Assembly: GCA_937893605.1 (NCBI GenBank)
Contig: CALBGG010000139.1
Location: 660 to 64,659 of the forward strand
Source of the DNA: an uncultured Clostridia bacterium
GTDB taxonomy: Bacteria > Bacillota > Clostridia > Oscillospirales > Oscillospiraceae
DNA: 64,000 nucleotides
Direction: 5' to 3'
Part shown: positions 8,651 to 18,058 of the stretch, piece after piece
Position numbering within the stretch: the stretch's first letter is position 1
Layout of the letters: the number at the start of each line of letters is the position of its first letter
Notes under the pieces: model-generated
What the model was told of the DNA's origin: nothing
The model's input: only the letters and a program-made list of their open reading frames with translations
Databases searched by the model: none
Translations under genes and position numbers: made by a program

Positions 8651-9844
8651 ATGAAAGACTTGAAGCATCTGCTGTATTTTGAGAACCTCCTCCAGGAGGC
8701 TCAAAATGAGCTAATCCTGCGGGCTCAGAACGAAGGGAATGTCTGTGTGGCATACACCTGCGAGAACGTTCCCGAGCCCCTGCTGAATCTACCCGGTGCT
8801 TTTTCCGTGCGTCTTCGTGCTCCCCGTACGGGATCCATGGAGATGGGCACCTACTATCTGACCAGCTTTCTTTGCGAGTATTCGAGAGCTCTGCTTGAAA
8901 GAGCAATCGAGGGCGGCTTCAATTTTGCCGACTGCATCATCACTCCGGACGGATGCACCATGATGAATCGCTGCGTCGAAAACATGGAGCTTCTCAAAAC
9001 CATGGACAAGGAAAAGTTCTTCTATGAGTACATGGAGATACCCATGAAGGCCGACGACAACGGCCTTAATCTCTATACGCTTCAGTGCAAAAATCATATT
9101 CTGAAGCCTCTCAGCGAGACTTTTGGCATCGACATCTCCGATGATGCCATTCGCAAGTCGGTTGCCGAGCACAACCGTGTGTGCGAGCTCATCCGGGCCA
9201 TCGGCGATTTCCGCAAGGATGAAAACCCGAGAATCACCGGCTATGAATTCCACATCATCACGCTGGCGACCTATGCCGCTCCGAAGCATCTTATCATTGA
9301 CAAGCTTGAGGAAACGCTTGAGGAACTCAAAAGCCGCGAGCCTGATGAAAATAACGGCTTCCGTGCCCGCGTTGCCGTTGTGGGCTCCGAGATCGACGAC
9401 GTGAACTTCATCAAGCTCGTTGAGGAATGCGGCGCATATGTCTGCACAGATCGCTTCTGCTACGGCTCGCTGCCCGGCAGAAATCCTATAGTTCTCAATG
9501 GCGAGGAGGATGCGCTCACGCAGGTCTGCCGTCACTATATGTACTCGATACAGTGCCCGAGATATATGAACACCGAAAAGATGAACAGGCGGCGCGCATA
9601 TGTAAACGAGCTTGCCAAGGAATATAACGCCGAGGGCATAATCTACGAGCAGATCAAATTCTGCGATCCATGGGCATACGAAAGAATGATGGGATCGCAC
9701 ATTCTTCATGACGAGTACGGCTATCCCGTGCTGTCCATAGACCGTCCGTACAATGTCGGCGCGAGCAACGGTCAGCTGCGCACCCGTGTTCAGGCGTTCG
9801 TCGAAAGTCTTGAAATCAAAAAAATCAACGGAGGTGTAAAGTGA
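8651..9844 (+). CDS. 2-hydroxyacyl-CoA dehydratase / benzoyl-CoA reductase BcrBC-family subunit
   Basis: Family-typical N-terminus (NVCVAYTCENVPEPLL, DCIITPDGCTMMNRC, KFCDPWAYE). I prefer the ATG at 8651 with RBS GGAG over the GTG at 8624. Confidence 0.85.
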   Translation: MKDLKHLLYFENLLQEAQNELILRAQNEGNVCVAYTCENVPEPLLNLPGAFSVRLRAPRTGSMEMGTYYLTSFLCEYSRALLERAIEGGFNFADCIITPDGCTMMNRCVENMELLKTMDKEKFFYEYMEIPMKADDNGLNLYTLQCKNHILKPLSETFGIDISDDAIRKSVAEHNRVCELIRAIGDFRKDENPRITGYEFHIITLATYAAPKHLIIDKLEETLEELKSREPDENNGFRARVAVVGSEIDDVNFIKLVEECGAYVCTDRFCYGSLPGRNPIVLNGEEDALTQVCRHYMYSIQCPRYMNTEKMNRRRAYVNELAKEYNAEGIIYEQIKFCDPWAYERMMGSHILHDEYGYPVLSIDRPYNVGASNGQLRTRVQAFVESLEIKKINGGVK

Positions 9845-11415
9845 TGTCTGACAAGCGAATCGGTACAAAAAACTTTGGCAAAGTGTATCTTGAGGGCAAG
9901 CGTTACAGAAGCCGCCGTGAGTGGCGAGGCGTCGTCGACACGCTCTATGATTACTCCAGATGGCTTTACAACTGGTTCAATATGTTCAGGATAGTACTTT
10001 CCAAGCCCCGCAATATCAAGGCCATGTTCCGCTACCGCTGGATGTCCAGCTATCTGGCCGTTCCTATGATGGTCGACCGTCACACTCAGGGCCTGCGCGG
10101 CGAGCATCTGCGCATCTGTCACGCAGAGCAGGATATTATTATTGAAGATGTTGCAAAGCTGCTCGACAAGCTCTTCCGCGGCGACCGCCGTATCGGCAAT
10201 GACACCGAGTTTTCAAAGAAGGTCGTGCTTCTCGACGAAAACGAGATGCAGTCTGTCATGATGGGCTTCCCGACCGTTGTGCCTCTCAGCCGTGAGATTG
10301 CTTCTACTTATATCCCCGTCCTGCTCAATCAGCGTGCGGCGGTACACTACATTGATGTTGCTCAGGAATACGGTCTTGCAGGCGATGTCTGCCCGATGCC
10401 CGAGGCTGAAGCCGGAGTTTCAATAGATGACGACGCACCAATTCTCGGCTGCTGCGCAGTGCAGTGCAACACCACCTGCGACGGCTCGCTGCTCGGTAAC
10501 GGCGTTATCTCCAAGCGTTTAGAGTTTGAGGACGGTATCCCCGTCTTTCAGCTTGCGACTCCTTTGCGCCACACAAGCGAGGATGTTCAGGATTATGCTG
10601 CGCAGGAAATTCGCAATGCCATCGCATTTATTGAGGAGCACACCGGCGAGAAATGGGATTGGACGTATTATTTTGAGTGTGCAAAGCGCGTAAACTACGC
10701 GACCAAGTGCCGTCTTGAGTGGCTCGAAATGAGCAAGACCCCGTATCCGCAGGTCTTCGGTTCAAATCTTGCGCTTTATACCGAAACCAACTACATGGCT
10801 ATAAGCGGCAGACTACCCGTGTTCGAGGAGACCGACCGCAAGATCATGAAGCTTGCCGAAAAAGCGTTCAGGAAAAAGAAGATGGCCGCAAACGAATATC
10901 GTCACAGAGCCATCGTTTGGGGTGTTCAGTCTCATTACTACATGGACTTCCTCGTGTGGCTGCTCAACTGCTGGGGCATTGTTCCTCTTACCGATATGCT
11001 GTCGATGGACAACACCGATATGATCGCAGATGAGGATACGCCCGAAAACCGCGAGCAGGCGATATACGATATAGCCAAACTTACCGAGAGAATGATCATG
11101 CGCAACCGCACACATGGCGGCTACAGAGTGCTGCTTGATGATCTCTGGAAATTTGTCGAGGAGTTCAATGCCGACATGGTCATACTTTGGGAGCATATGA
11201 GCTGCAAGGCTCTCGACGGTATGCACGGTATGTTCGAGCAGAGAGCCCGCGAGCTTGGCATCAATCTCGTCTGGGTCTCGCATGATCTGTTTGACCCGCG
11301 CGTGGTCTCCCGTCAGGGCGTTCGCGACCAGATAAACACATATATGCGCACCGTCATGGGCGAGGAGCCGGTTGACCCGACGCTTGAGATCCTCCCTGAC
11401 GAGGAATCATGGTAA
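9844..11415 (+). CDS. 2-hydroxyacyl-CoA dehydratase-family subunit, large, with an N-terminal basic/aromatic extension
   Basis: GDVCPMPEAEAG, CCAVQCNTTCDG and VILWEHMSCKALDGM match dehydratase-family landmarks. Its ATG overlaps the upstream stop (TGATG), which suggests translational coupling. Confidence 0.85.
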   Translation: MSDKRIGTKNFGKVYLEGKRYRSRREWRGVVDTLYDYSRWLYNWFNMFRIVLSKPRNIKAMFRYRWMSSYLAVPMMVDRHTQGLRGEHLRICHAEQDIIIEDVAKLLDKLFRGDRRIGNDTEFSKKVVLLDENEMQSVMMGFPTVVPLSREIASTYIPVLLNQRAAVHYIDVAQEYGLAGDVCPMPEAEAGVSIDDDAPILGCCAVQCNTTCDGSLLGNGVISKRLEFEDGIPVFQLATPLRHTSEDVQDYAAQEIRNAIAFIEEHTGEKWDWTYYFECAKRVNYATKCRLEWLEMSKTPYPQVFGSNLALYTETNYMAISGRLPVFEETDRKIMKLAEKAFRKKKMAANEYRHRAIVWGVQSHYYMDFLVWLLNCWGIVPLTDMLSMDNTDMIADEDTPENREQAIYDIAKLTERMIMRNRTHGGYRVLLDDLWKFVEEFNADMVILWEHMSCKALDGMHGMFEQRARELGINLVWVSHDLFDPRVVSRQGVRDQINTYMRTVMGEEPVDPTLEILPDEESW

Positions 11416-11435
11416 TCGAAAGGAGATATGGTAAA

Positions 11436-11603
11436 ATGTCTAAGCTTTGCACCGTTGCAAAGAAGCTGTCGCTTGCGGGCGCCGCATTTTTCGCCGTTAC
11501 CTTTGCGGCCTATTACTTCAACCTTGATATGAAGCTTACCGCAGCCATGGAGCCTGTGCTGAATTATTTCTACGACAGAGTTGACCGCGACCAGCATCTG
11601 TGA
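11436..11603 (+). CDS. small single-pass membrane protein
   Basis: 55-aa ORF (MSKLCTVAKKLSLAGAAFFAVTFAAYYF...) with RBS AGGAG. It is the last ORF before the terminator. Confidence 0.4.
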   Translation: MSKLCTVAKKLSLAGAAFFAVTFAAYYFNLDMKLTAAMEPVLNYFYDRVDRDQHL

Positions 11604-11615
11604 CAATTCCAAAAT

Positions 11616-11657
11616 CAAAAACCTGCCCGTTGGGTCTCCATACGGGCAGGTTTTTTA
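11616..11657 (+). terminator. rho-independent terminator, bidirectional in shape
   Basis: AAAAACCTGCCCGT ... ACGGGCAGGTTTTTT. Confidence 0.75.
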
Positions 11658-11764
11658 GTTTTTGCAGGTTGATTCTTTTAAAGCATAGTTAAGCCGTCGG
11701 GCATATATGGCAAAAAGCAGACGATGAAAAGCTTGAAGCTTTTTCGATATGATATGTTCTGTCA

Positions 11765-14344
11765 TCATACCTTTGCCAGGAAGCACTCCTGGCTTTCTAC
11801 CTCGGAATACAGGATGGCGCTGCCCTCGCCGAGATCAAAAACGCGTATGACATCGGCCATAGCATCGCAAGGCTCGGAGCCCATGAGCTTTGAATAGACG
11901 TTTTCACAGCCGTTAAGCAGCTCCTCGTTGAGCACGCAGCCGTCCTCACCGGGATACAGCGCAACATAGAATGTTCCCGCCTCGACGAGATCCTGGAAAA
12001 AGTGGCTGCCGTAGCTGAGCTCCGGGCGAAGTCCGTGCGAGCTGTATGCAAGCTCGGCGATGCAGTCGAAGCGGTTAATCTCCATAAAATGCACCGGTAC
12101 GCCGAGGCTGGGCGTTGTGGTGCCCCATCGGCCCGGGCCGAGCAGGATCGTGTGCTCATTGCTCAGGAGACTGTTGAGCTCGCCGAGCTTACGCGCTACC
12201 TGATATTTGCGCTGCTCGGGCAGAGCGAGATACGGCTCTACCCTGACCATGACGGCGTAGCGCACCGGCAGGCACACATTACCGCCCATGAAGTTGCCCT
12301 CTGTGCGGAAATACAGCTGCTTTATCTTGGGCATGACGCCGACGGCGCCTATGCCGCGAGTCTGAAGCGGCCTGCATTGCAGGAGATTCACGCGGTAATT
12401 GCCATTCTCGTCAAAATTACAGGCGTACTCTATATCGACCGGATAATCATACTTTTCCTCAAGTATACGCATTGCTTCGGTCATGACTGGCGCAAAGTCC
12501 GTTTTGCCGAGCAGCTTGCGGAAGTTGAGTATATCCGGCGCGTCCGCGGCGCTAAGCCCCATCTCGCGCAGCCGTGCCGCCGTGGGATAGTCGAGCTCCA
12601 TAAACAGCGACGGGTCGGCCTTTATATCGCGCTTATCTATGCTGTCAACGTTTATCGTCTCAAACTCATTGCTCTTGAGATTTATCACATCCATTTTATG
12701 CTGAGAGTATTTATACTCGTCGCCGTAGGCCACCATCGGCGGTGCGGTGGGCGCGTCCATGTTCAGAAGCCGTGCATAATCGTCGGCCTCGCGATCCACG
12801 GCGCGGGTGCCCATTCCGAAAACAAGGCGCAGCATGCCCTTGTTTTCCGACGAGGAGTTCTGCTTGTTGAGATACAGGTTCTTCGAATGGCCGACGCCGG
12901 CAATGTGCGGATAATAATAGTCGCCGTGAACGTCGCCGCATACGCGCATAACCAAAAGCGCCATCTGCTCATCGCGGTCGAGGAGGTTTCGCTCGGCGCG
13001 GTATTTGATCGCGTCCGGATCGACGGTGCTGGCATATACCTGCTTTACCGCGCGCTCGAACACCTCGTAGCGCTCCTTGAGACTGCCCTGATTGGGGCAG
13101 AAAACGCTCTCGTACTTTCCGGCAAAGGCGTTTCCGAAGCCATCTTCAAGCAGCGAACTCGAGCGCACGATAATGGGCGACTGCCCGAAATATTCGAGCA
13201 TTGACATGAACTGCTCCTTTATGCTCGGCATGAAGGTGCCGCCAAGCAGCAGATCTCGGATATCGGGCGCATATTTGAGATAGTCCTCGGCTTCGATCAT
13301 GTGTATTCGAGAGCCCCACAGGCCGCTCTGCACGGCATAGGTATAGAACACGTCGGCGCCGATGTAATACGAGTCGTGCGGCTCTATGCGCGCACTGTAA
13401 AGCTCCGGTGCCTCGTCGCGCAGGATATTTCTCGCAAGCAGCATACCGGCGGCCTTGCCGCCGATGCAGCCCGTGCCGATCTCGCGGTTTTTGATGTACA
13501 TGAGATCCTTCATGGTGAAGTATTTTTGACACAGGGCAAAGCGCGTCGGCTCGTTGCCGAGAAGGCATCTCATGATGTTTTCCTTTAAGAGCTTTCCATC
13601 CTCGTCGGTCGGCTCTCTGCCGTCGGAAACGGAGTCGAACATGCTGTCCCAGCAGTCGCGGCGCTCGCCGGTCTGGGTAAAGCGCTCGAATATCGCGTAC
13701 GTCTCGGCGCTCGAGGTGAGCGTGCGGCACTTGGTTCCGCTTATCTTCAGCGGGAAGTAGGTCGTGGGCGTGCGGCGGCCGCGAACCTTCACGGGGTGCA
13801 TGTAGACGCTTCCGTCGAGCGTGCGGATATTGACGAGCAGCGGAGCCTCTCTGCGGATGCGCGATATGGTCTCGTAGGTGTGCTTTTCGTAGTCGATGGG
13901 CTGATACGCGATCGCCTGTCGGCGGATAAGGAATGGGCTTATCAGCAGGAAAAAGTTCGATATCATGAGGTCGGAAAACCAGTACTTCTGCAGATCCGAA
14001 AGACAGTCGAACACGAAAAAGGTGCCCATCGGCTCTTTGTCGATTATCCTGTGCACCTGCACGGCGAAGGTCTCAAAGCCGACTCTCGGATCGAGTATGT
14101 ATTCCTGGACATTTGCTCCGCCCTCGCACAGAGCGGCCGCGTCCATGATCTCCTCGTGGTCGCCGAAGCGTATGTAGGCTATGCGCTTGCCCTGTCTGGC
14201 GATATTTGTGACGAACCTTGTCGCGACATACATATAGTCGCTTATGTGCTCGCACTGCCAGACGACAGTGTCCCCCGGGCGCAGAAAGTCAATAGCCTCA
14301 TCAAGGCCGTCGATGCCGGTGCTTATGCGCCGCTCTTTATCCAT
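11765..14344 (-). CDS. PEP/pyruvate-binding (PPDK_N, ATP-grasp) domain protein with an N-terminal KaiC/RecA-like domain
   Basis: IGGKAAGMLLARNIL and GNAFAGKYES are PPDK_N/PEP-synthase motifs. The N-terminus reads STGIDGLDEAIDFL. The ATG at 14344 follows GAGGAGG. The longer start at 14392 would lie inside the htrA terminator hairpin. Confidence 0.85.
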   Translation of the reverse strand: MDKERRISTGIDGLDEAIDFLRPGDTVVWQCEHISDYMYVATRFVTNIARQGKRIAYIRFGDHEEIMDAAALCEGGANVQEYILDPRVGFETFAVQVHRIIDKEPMGTFFVFDCLSDLQKYWFSDLMISNFFLLISPFLIRRQAIAYQPIDYEKHTYETISRIRREAPLLVNIRTLDGSVYMHPVKVRGRRTPTTYFPLKISGTKCRTLTSSAETYAIFERFTQTGERRDCWDSMFDSVSDGREPTDEDGKLLKENIMRCLLGNEPTRFALCQKYFTMKDLMYIKNREIGTGCIGGKAAGMLLARNILRDEAPELYSARIEPHDSYYIGADVFYTYAVQSGLWGSRIHMIEAEDYLKYAPDIRDLLLGGTFMPSIKEQFMSMLEYFGQSPIIVRSSSLLEDGFGNAFAGKYESVFCPNQGSLKERYEVFERAVKQVYASTVDPDAIKYRAERNLLDRDEQMALLVMRVCGDVHGDYYYPHIAGVGHSKNLYLNKQNSSSENKGMLRLVFGMGTRAVDREADDYARLLNMDAPTAPPMVAYGDEYKYSQHKMDVINLKSNEFETINVDSIDKRDIKADPSLFMELDYPTAARLREMGLSAADAPDILNFRKLLGKTDFAPVMTEAMRILEEKYDYPVDIEYACNFDENGNYRVNLLQCRPLQTRGIGAVGVMPKIKQLYFRTEGNFMGGNVCLPVRYAVMVRVEPYLALPEQRKYQVARKLGELNSLLSNEHTILLGPGRWGTTTPSLGVPVHFMEINRFDCIAELAYSSHGLRPELSYGSHFFQDLVEAGTFYVALYPGEDGCVLNEELLNGCENVYSKLMGSEPCDAMADVIRVFDLGEGSAILYSEVESQECFLAKV

Positions 14345-14378
14345 TCTATTTTCCTCCTCAATAGTATTAAAATGCGCA

Positions 14379-14405
14379 GGCCGCCGGAGCAATGCTCCGG
14401 CGGCC
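14379..14405 (-). terminator. hairpin downstream of htrA
   Basis: GGCCGCCGGAGC-AAT-GCTCCGGCGGCC is a 12-bp GC stem. The trailing T-run is weak. Confidence 0.45.
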
Positions 14406-14419
14406 CGATTCTTGTGCTG

Positions 14420-15688
14420 TTATTTCATATCCGTCGGATCCATAAGCTTCACGGTGATCTCCATCGTTTTGCCGTCGCGCCATATGGTGAAGGTTAGCTC
14501 GTCGCCGGCCTTGAGTCCCTCCTTGGCATCGGCAACATCGGAGTTTGTGAAAGCATCTTTGCCGTTGACCTTGGTGATAATGTCGCCGCGCTCGATGCCT
14601 TTAGCCTCGGCGTCCGAGCCCTTGGTGACATAGCTTACGTAAAGCCCCTGCGGAATGTCGTAGTATTTTGCTATATCCTCGCTCACCGGGCCGATCGTCA
14701 CACCTATTGACACCCTGCCGTACACTGCACCGTCCTTTATAAGCGCCTGCACAATGCTCTCAACGGTATCCGAGGGAATGGCAAAGCCTAACCCCTCAAC
14801 GCCCGAGCCGAAGGATGAGATCATCTTCATATTCGTTATACCGATGACCTGACCGCGGCTGTTAAACAGCGGGCCGCCGGAATTGCCTTCGTTTATCGAC
14901 GCGTCGGTCTGAATAAGCGACATCGTCGTTCCGTTATAGCTCATCTCTCGGTTAAGCGCCGAAATGATGCCGCGCGTCATGGTAAGGCGAAGATCGGGAG
15001 ACAGCGGATTTCCTATGGCGGCTACGCTGTCGCCGACGCTGAGAGTCGAGCTTGAGGAAAACTCCGCCGCGGTGAGTCCCGTCGCGTCGATCTTAATGAC
15101 GGCGATATCGCTCGTCGCGTCAAAGCCTACGAGCTTTGCCTCATGCTCGCTGCCGTCGCAGAGAACGACAGTTGCGTAGTCGCCCCCGTCGATTACGTGG
15201 GTATTGGTTATGATATATCCGTCCGAGGAGGCGATAACGCCGCTGCCCCAGGCGTAGTAATCCTCGCCGTCATCGTCGCGGAAGACCTTTATGCCGACGA
15301 CGGAGGGACTGCATTTTTCATATATCGTGCTGAAGTCGAGATCAGCGCCCGCATCGCCGTTTTTGATGCTCAGACTGCCGCGATCCTCGACAAGGGGAAT
15401 GTTTACGCTTGCCGAAACCGAGGTCGGAGCCTCGGTACCGTAGAGCTCATCGAAGTACATATGCCAGTCTGCGGGCTTGCCGTCGGAGTTATAGTCGGTC
15501 GTGTCCGCTCCGAAGCCGCATACGACATAGGTTATGACGATGATCAGCAGCCCCAAGCAGGCGGCTATCGCGGCATAGCGCATTTTTCTGCTGCCGGCAG
15601 GCAGATTCTGAGCGGCCTGTGCGTTTTTCGCTCCGTGGTGTGCGTTCGGTTTATACCAGTCGTTGCTGTTTGGATCATACCAGCCCAT
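14420..15688 (-). CDS. htrA: HtrA/DegP-family serine protease with PDZ domain
   Basis: TNTHV, DIAVIK and GNSGGPLF form the catalytic triad context. It has an N-terminal TM anchor and a C-terminal PDZ domain. The ATG at 15688 follows GGAG. Confidence 0.9.
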   Translation of the reverse strand: MGWYDPNSNDWYKPNAHHGAKNAQAAQNLPAGSRKMRYAAIAACLGLLIIVITYVVCGFGADTTDYNSDGKPADWHMYFDELYGTEAPTSVSASVNIPLVEDRGSLSIKNGDAGADLDFSTIYEKCSPSVVGIKVFRDDDGEDYYAWGSGVIASSDGYIITNTHVIDGGDYATVVLCDGSEHEAKLVGFDATSDIAVIKIDATGLTAAEFSSSSTLSVGDSVAAIGNPLSPDLRLTMTRGIISALNREMSYNGTTMSLIQTDASINEGNSGGPLFNSRGQVIGITNMKMISSFGSGVEGLGFAIPSDTVESIVQALIKDGAVYGRVSIGVTIGPVSEDIAKYYDIPQGLYVSYVTKGSDAEAKGIERGDIITKVNGKDAFTNSDVADAKEGLKAGDELTFTIWRDGKTMEITVKLMDPTDMK

Positions 15689-15714
15689 GTGCTTCTCCAA
15701 TCTGCCGCGGCGTT

Positions 15715-17172
15715 TTATTTGCGCTCGGCCTTTTCTTTCTTCTGCTTTGCCGTGGCAAGGGGGAGAGTGAATACAAACACCGTAACACCGTCGCGGCTGG
15801 ACACCGCGACCTCCTCGCCGTGGCTGTTGAGTATCTTCTTTACGAGGTACAGACCCAGTCCAACGCCGTCCTTATCCATACTGCGCGAGCGGTCGGATTT
15901 ATGGAAGCGGTCAAAAATGTAGGGCAGATCGTCCTCGGGTATGGGCTCTCCTATGTTCTTTATCGAAACGTAGGCCTTTGAGCCCTTTTTATATAGTCTT
16001 ATGGTCACCGTGCTCCCCGGCGATGCAAACTTCATCGCGTTGTCGGTGAGATTATATATGACCTGCGTTATCGAGTCGCGCACCGCGAACACCTCGATAG
16101 GATCCTCCGGAAGCTGCGGGTCGACATCAAGATTTTTATCCTTAGCTCTGCTCTCAAAGCTCAAAAGGCATTGCAGCAGAAGCTCTGACAGGTCAAAACG
16201 ACTGCGCTTTGAAAGGTCGACAGCGTCGCTCTCGGCCTGACTGAGGTTGAGCATGCTGCGCACAAGGCGCGATAAGCGCCGCGTTTCATCGGCGATCTTG
16301 CGCAGGTATTTTTCCTCCTGCTCGTGAGGGATCGTGCCGTCGAGTATGCCGTCGGCAAAGCCGGCGATTGTCGTCATCGGCGTTCGCAGCTCGTGCGAGA
16401 CGTTCGCGATGAACTCCTGGCGTTTGCTGTCGCTTTGCTCGAGTGAGTCCGCCATGCTGTTGAACGACTCGATAAGCGTGCCTATCTCGTCGTCACGCGC
16501 TTCTCTCGTCCTGACTCGCACCGAGAAGTCGCCGAGTGCGAATTTTCGCGCCGCGAGCGTGAGCTCGTCAAGCGGCTCGGCCATTTTCTTTGAATAAATG
16601 AGGCTCATGAGTATTGCTATGAGCACAACCGCTATCGCGACGGCAAGCACGACACCGAGGAACGCCTGCCAGTTATTCATAATGTTCATTTCGTCGGATG
16701 CCACGAAGACATATCCGAGCGTTTCGTCGCCCGAAACTATGGGCTTTGCCACTACGTACTGCTGCTCGGAATAAAAGCCCTTGAGCGTGGTCATACCGTC
16801 AAATTCGCTGCCCGAGCTCACGGCCTGCATGACCGAAGGATCAAGCTGCTTGCCCTGATGCTTTGTGCAATACAGGGTCAAATCGGAACAGGACAGTACA
16901 AGACCGTCCTGATCACAGATGAATATGTGGCTCGACGTGACATTTGCGATCGGGCTTATTGTCAGGCGCAGATTCCAGCTGCTGAGCGATTCCTGCTTTG
17001 AAAGCGCGAGGGCGGATTTGACCACCTCATCGGCGCTGGCGCTCATTCTGTCGCGTGCGGAGTTTATAAGATAACCTCTGCCGAGGAAGAAAAACGCCGT
17101 GCCTATTATGGCGAACGAGAAGAAAACAAGAAGCGCCGTGGCGAGAAAATTGCGTAAGTATATGCTCTTCAT
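15715..17172 (-). CDS. sensor histidine kinase (2 TM, HAMP, HisKA, HATPase)
   Basis: H-box FIANVSHELRTPMTTI, plus N/G boxes (NLTDNAMKF, GVGLGLYLVKK). Confidence 0.9.
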   Translation of the reverse strand: MKSIYLRNFLATALLVFFSFAIIGTAFFFLGRGYLINSARDRMSASADEVVKSALALSKQESLSSWNLRLTISPIANVTSSHIFICDQDGLVLSCSDLTLYCTKHQGKQLDPSVMQAVSSGSEFDGMTTLKGFYSEQQYVVAKPIVSGDETLGYVFVASDEMNIMNNWQAFLGVVLAVAIAVVLIAILMSLIYSKKMAEPLDELTLAARKFALGDFSVRVRTREARDDEIGTLIESFNSMADSLEQSDSKRQEFIANVSHELRTPMTTIAGFADGILDGTIPHEQEEKYLRKIADETRRLSRLVRSMLNLSQAESDAVDLSKRSRFDLSELLLQCLLSFESRAKDKNLDVDPQLPEDPIEVFAVRDSITQVIYNLTDNAMKFASPGSTVTIRLYKKGSKAYVSIKNIGEPIPEDDLPYIFDRFHKSDRSRSMDKDGVGLGLYLVKKILNSHGEEVAVSSRDGVTVFVFTLPLATAKQKKEKAERK

Positions 17173-17187
17173 ACGAGCCGGCCCCTT

Positions 17188-17874
17188 TTATTTTACGACC
17201 TCGAATTTATAACCGACGCCCCAAACGGTCTGCAGAGACCATTGGGGTGATACGCCCTCGAGTTTTTCCCTCAGACGCTTGATATGAACGTCGACAGTGC
17301 GCGAATCGCCGAAGTAATCAAAGCCCCAAACCTCGTCAAGAAGCTGGTTGCGGGTGAAAACTATGTTGGGCGAGGCGGCAAGATGATACAGAAGCTCCAT
17401 CTCTTTGGGCGGAGTGTCGACCTTGACGCCGTCAACTATGAGTTCATAAGAATCCAGGTTTATTATTAGCTTATCGTAACACAGCTTTTTCTCCTTCGGA
17501 GCGGTGTCGGCTTCCGAGCGGCGCATGACCGCATGGATGCGCGCAAGAAGCTCCTTTACCTCGAAGGGCTTTGTTATATAGTCGTCCGCTCCGATATCGA
17601 GACCTGCGACCTTATCGCCCACAGCGCCCTTGGCGGTGAGCATGATGATTGGAACGGACGAGGTCTTGCGTATCTCTCGGCAGACCTGCATACCGTCCAT
17701 GACGGGCATCATGATGTCAAGCAGAACAAGGTCGGGCGATATCTCATTGAACATATCTATGCCGCGGCCGCCGTCATGTGCGATGCTGACCTCAAAGCCG
17801 TCCTTTTCAAGATAGAGCATGAGAAGCTCGGCGATATTGACGTCGTCTTCAACAACAAGGGCTTTTTTACTCAT
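17188..17874 (-). CDS. OmpR-family response regulator
   Basis: Receiver domain (ALVVEDD, DLVLLDIMMP, MLTAKG) plus a winged-helix domain (RTVDVHIKRLREKL). The ATG at 17874 follows AAGGGGGA. Confidence 0.9.
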   Translation of the reverse strand: MSKKALVVEDDVNIAELLMLYLEKDGFEVSIAHDGGRGIDMFNEISPDLVLLDIMMPVMDGMQVCREIRKTSSVPIIMLTAKGAVGDKVAGLDIGADDYITKPFEVKELLARIHAVMRRSEADTAPKEKKLCYDKLIINLDSYELIVDGVKVDTPPKEMELLYHLAASPNIVFTRNQLLDEVWGFDYFGDSRTVDVHIKRLREKLEGVSPQWSLQTVWGVGYKFEVVK

Positions 17875-17917
17875 ATTATTTCCCCCTTGGATCAAAATTA
17901 ATAAACTTATAAATAAG

Positions 17918-17935
17918 TATACAGTAATTATACAG
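17918..17935 (-). promoter_or_regulatory. direct repeat TGTATA-N5-TGTATA, a candidate response-regulator box overlapping a TATAAT
   Basis: The minus strand reads CTGTATAATTACTGTATA, 44-61 nt upstream of the regulator ATG. The 11-bp periodicity is typical of OmpR/WalR-type sites. Confidence 0.3.
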
Positions 17936-17987
17936 ATAAAAAAAGAGTTTTAGTTAAAAATCTGTAAAATGGCGCGCCTTTAAGCGT

Positions 17988-18018
17988 CAAAAAAGGAAGC
18001 CGCCTGACGGCGGCTTCC
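17988..18018 (-). terminator. rho-independent terminator after cstA
   Basis: GGAAGCCGCC-GTCA-GGCGGCTTCC followed by TTTTTT on the minus strand. Confidence 0.75.
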
Positions 18019-18058
18019 CTGATATGTATCGCTATTTGTATTTTGTGGGTCTACTAAA

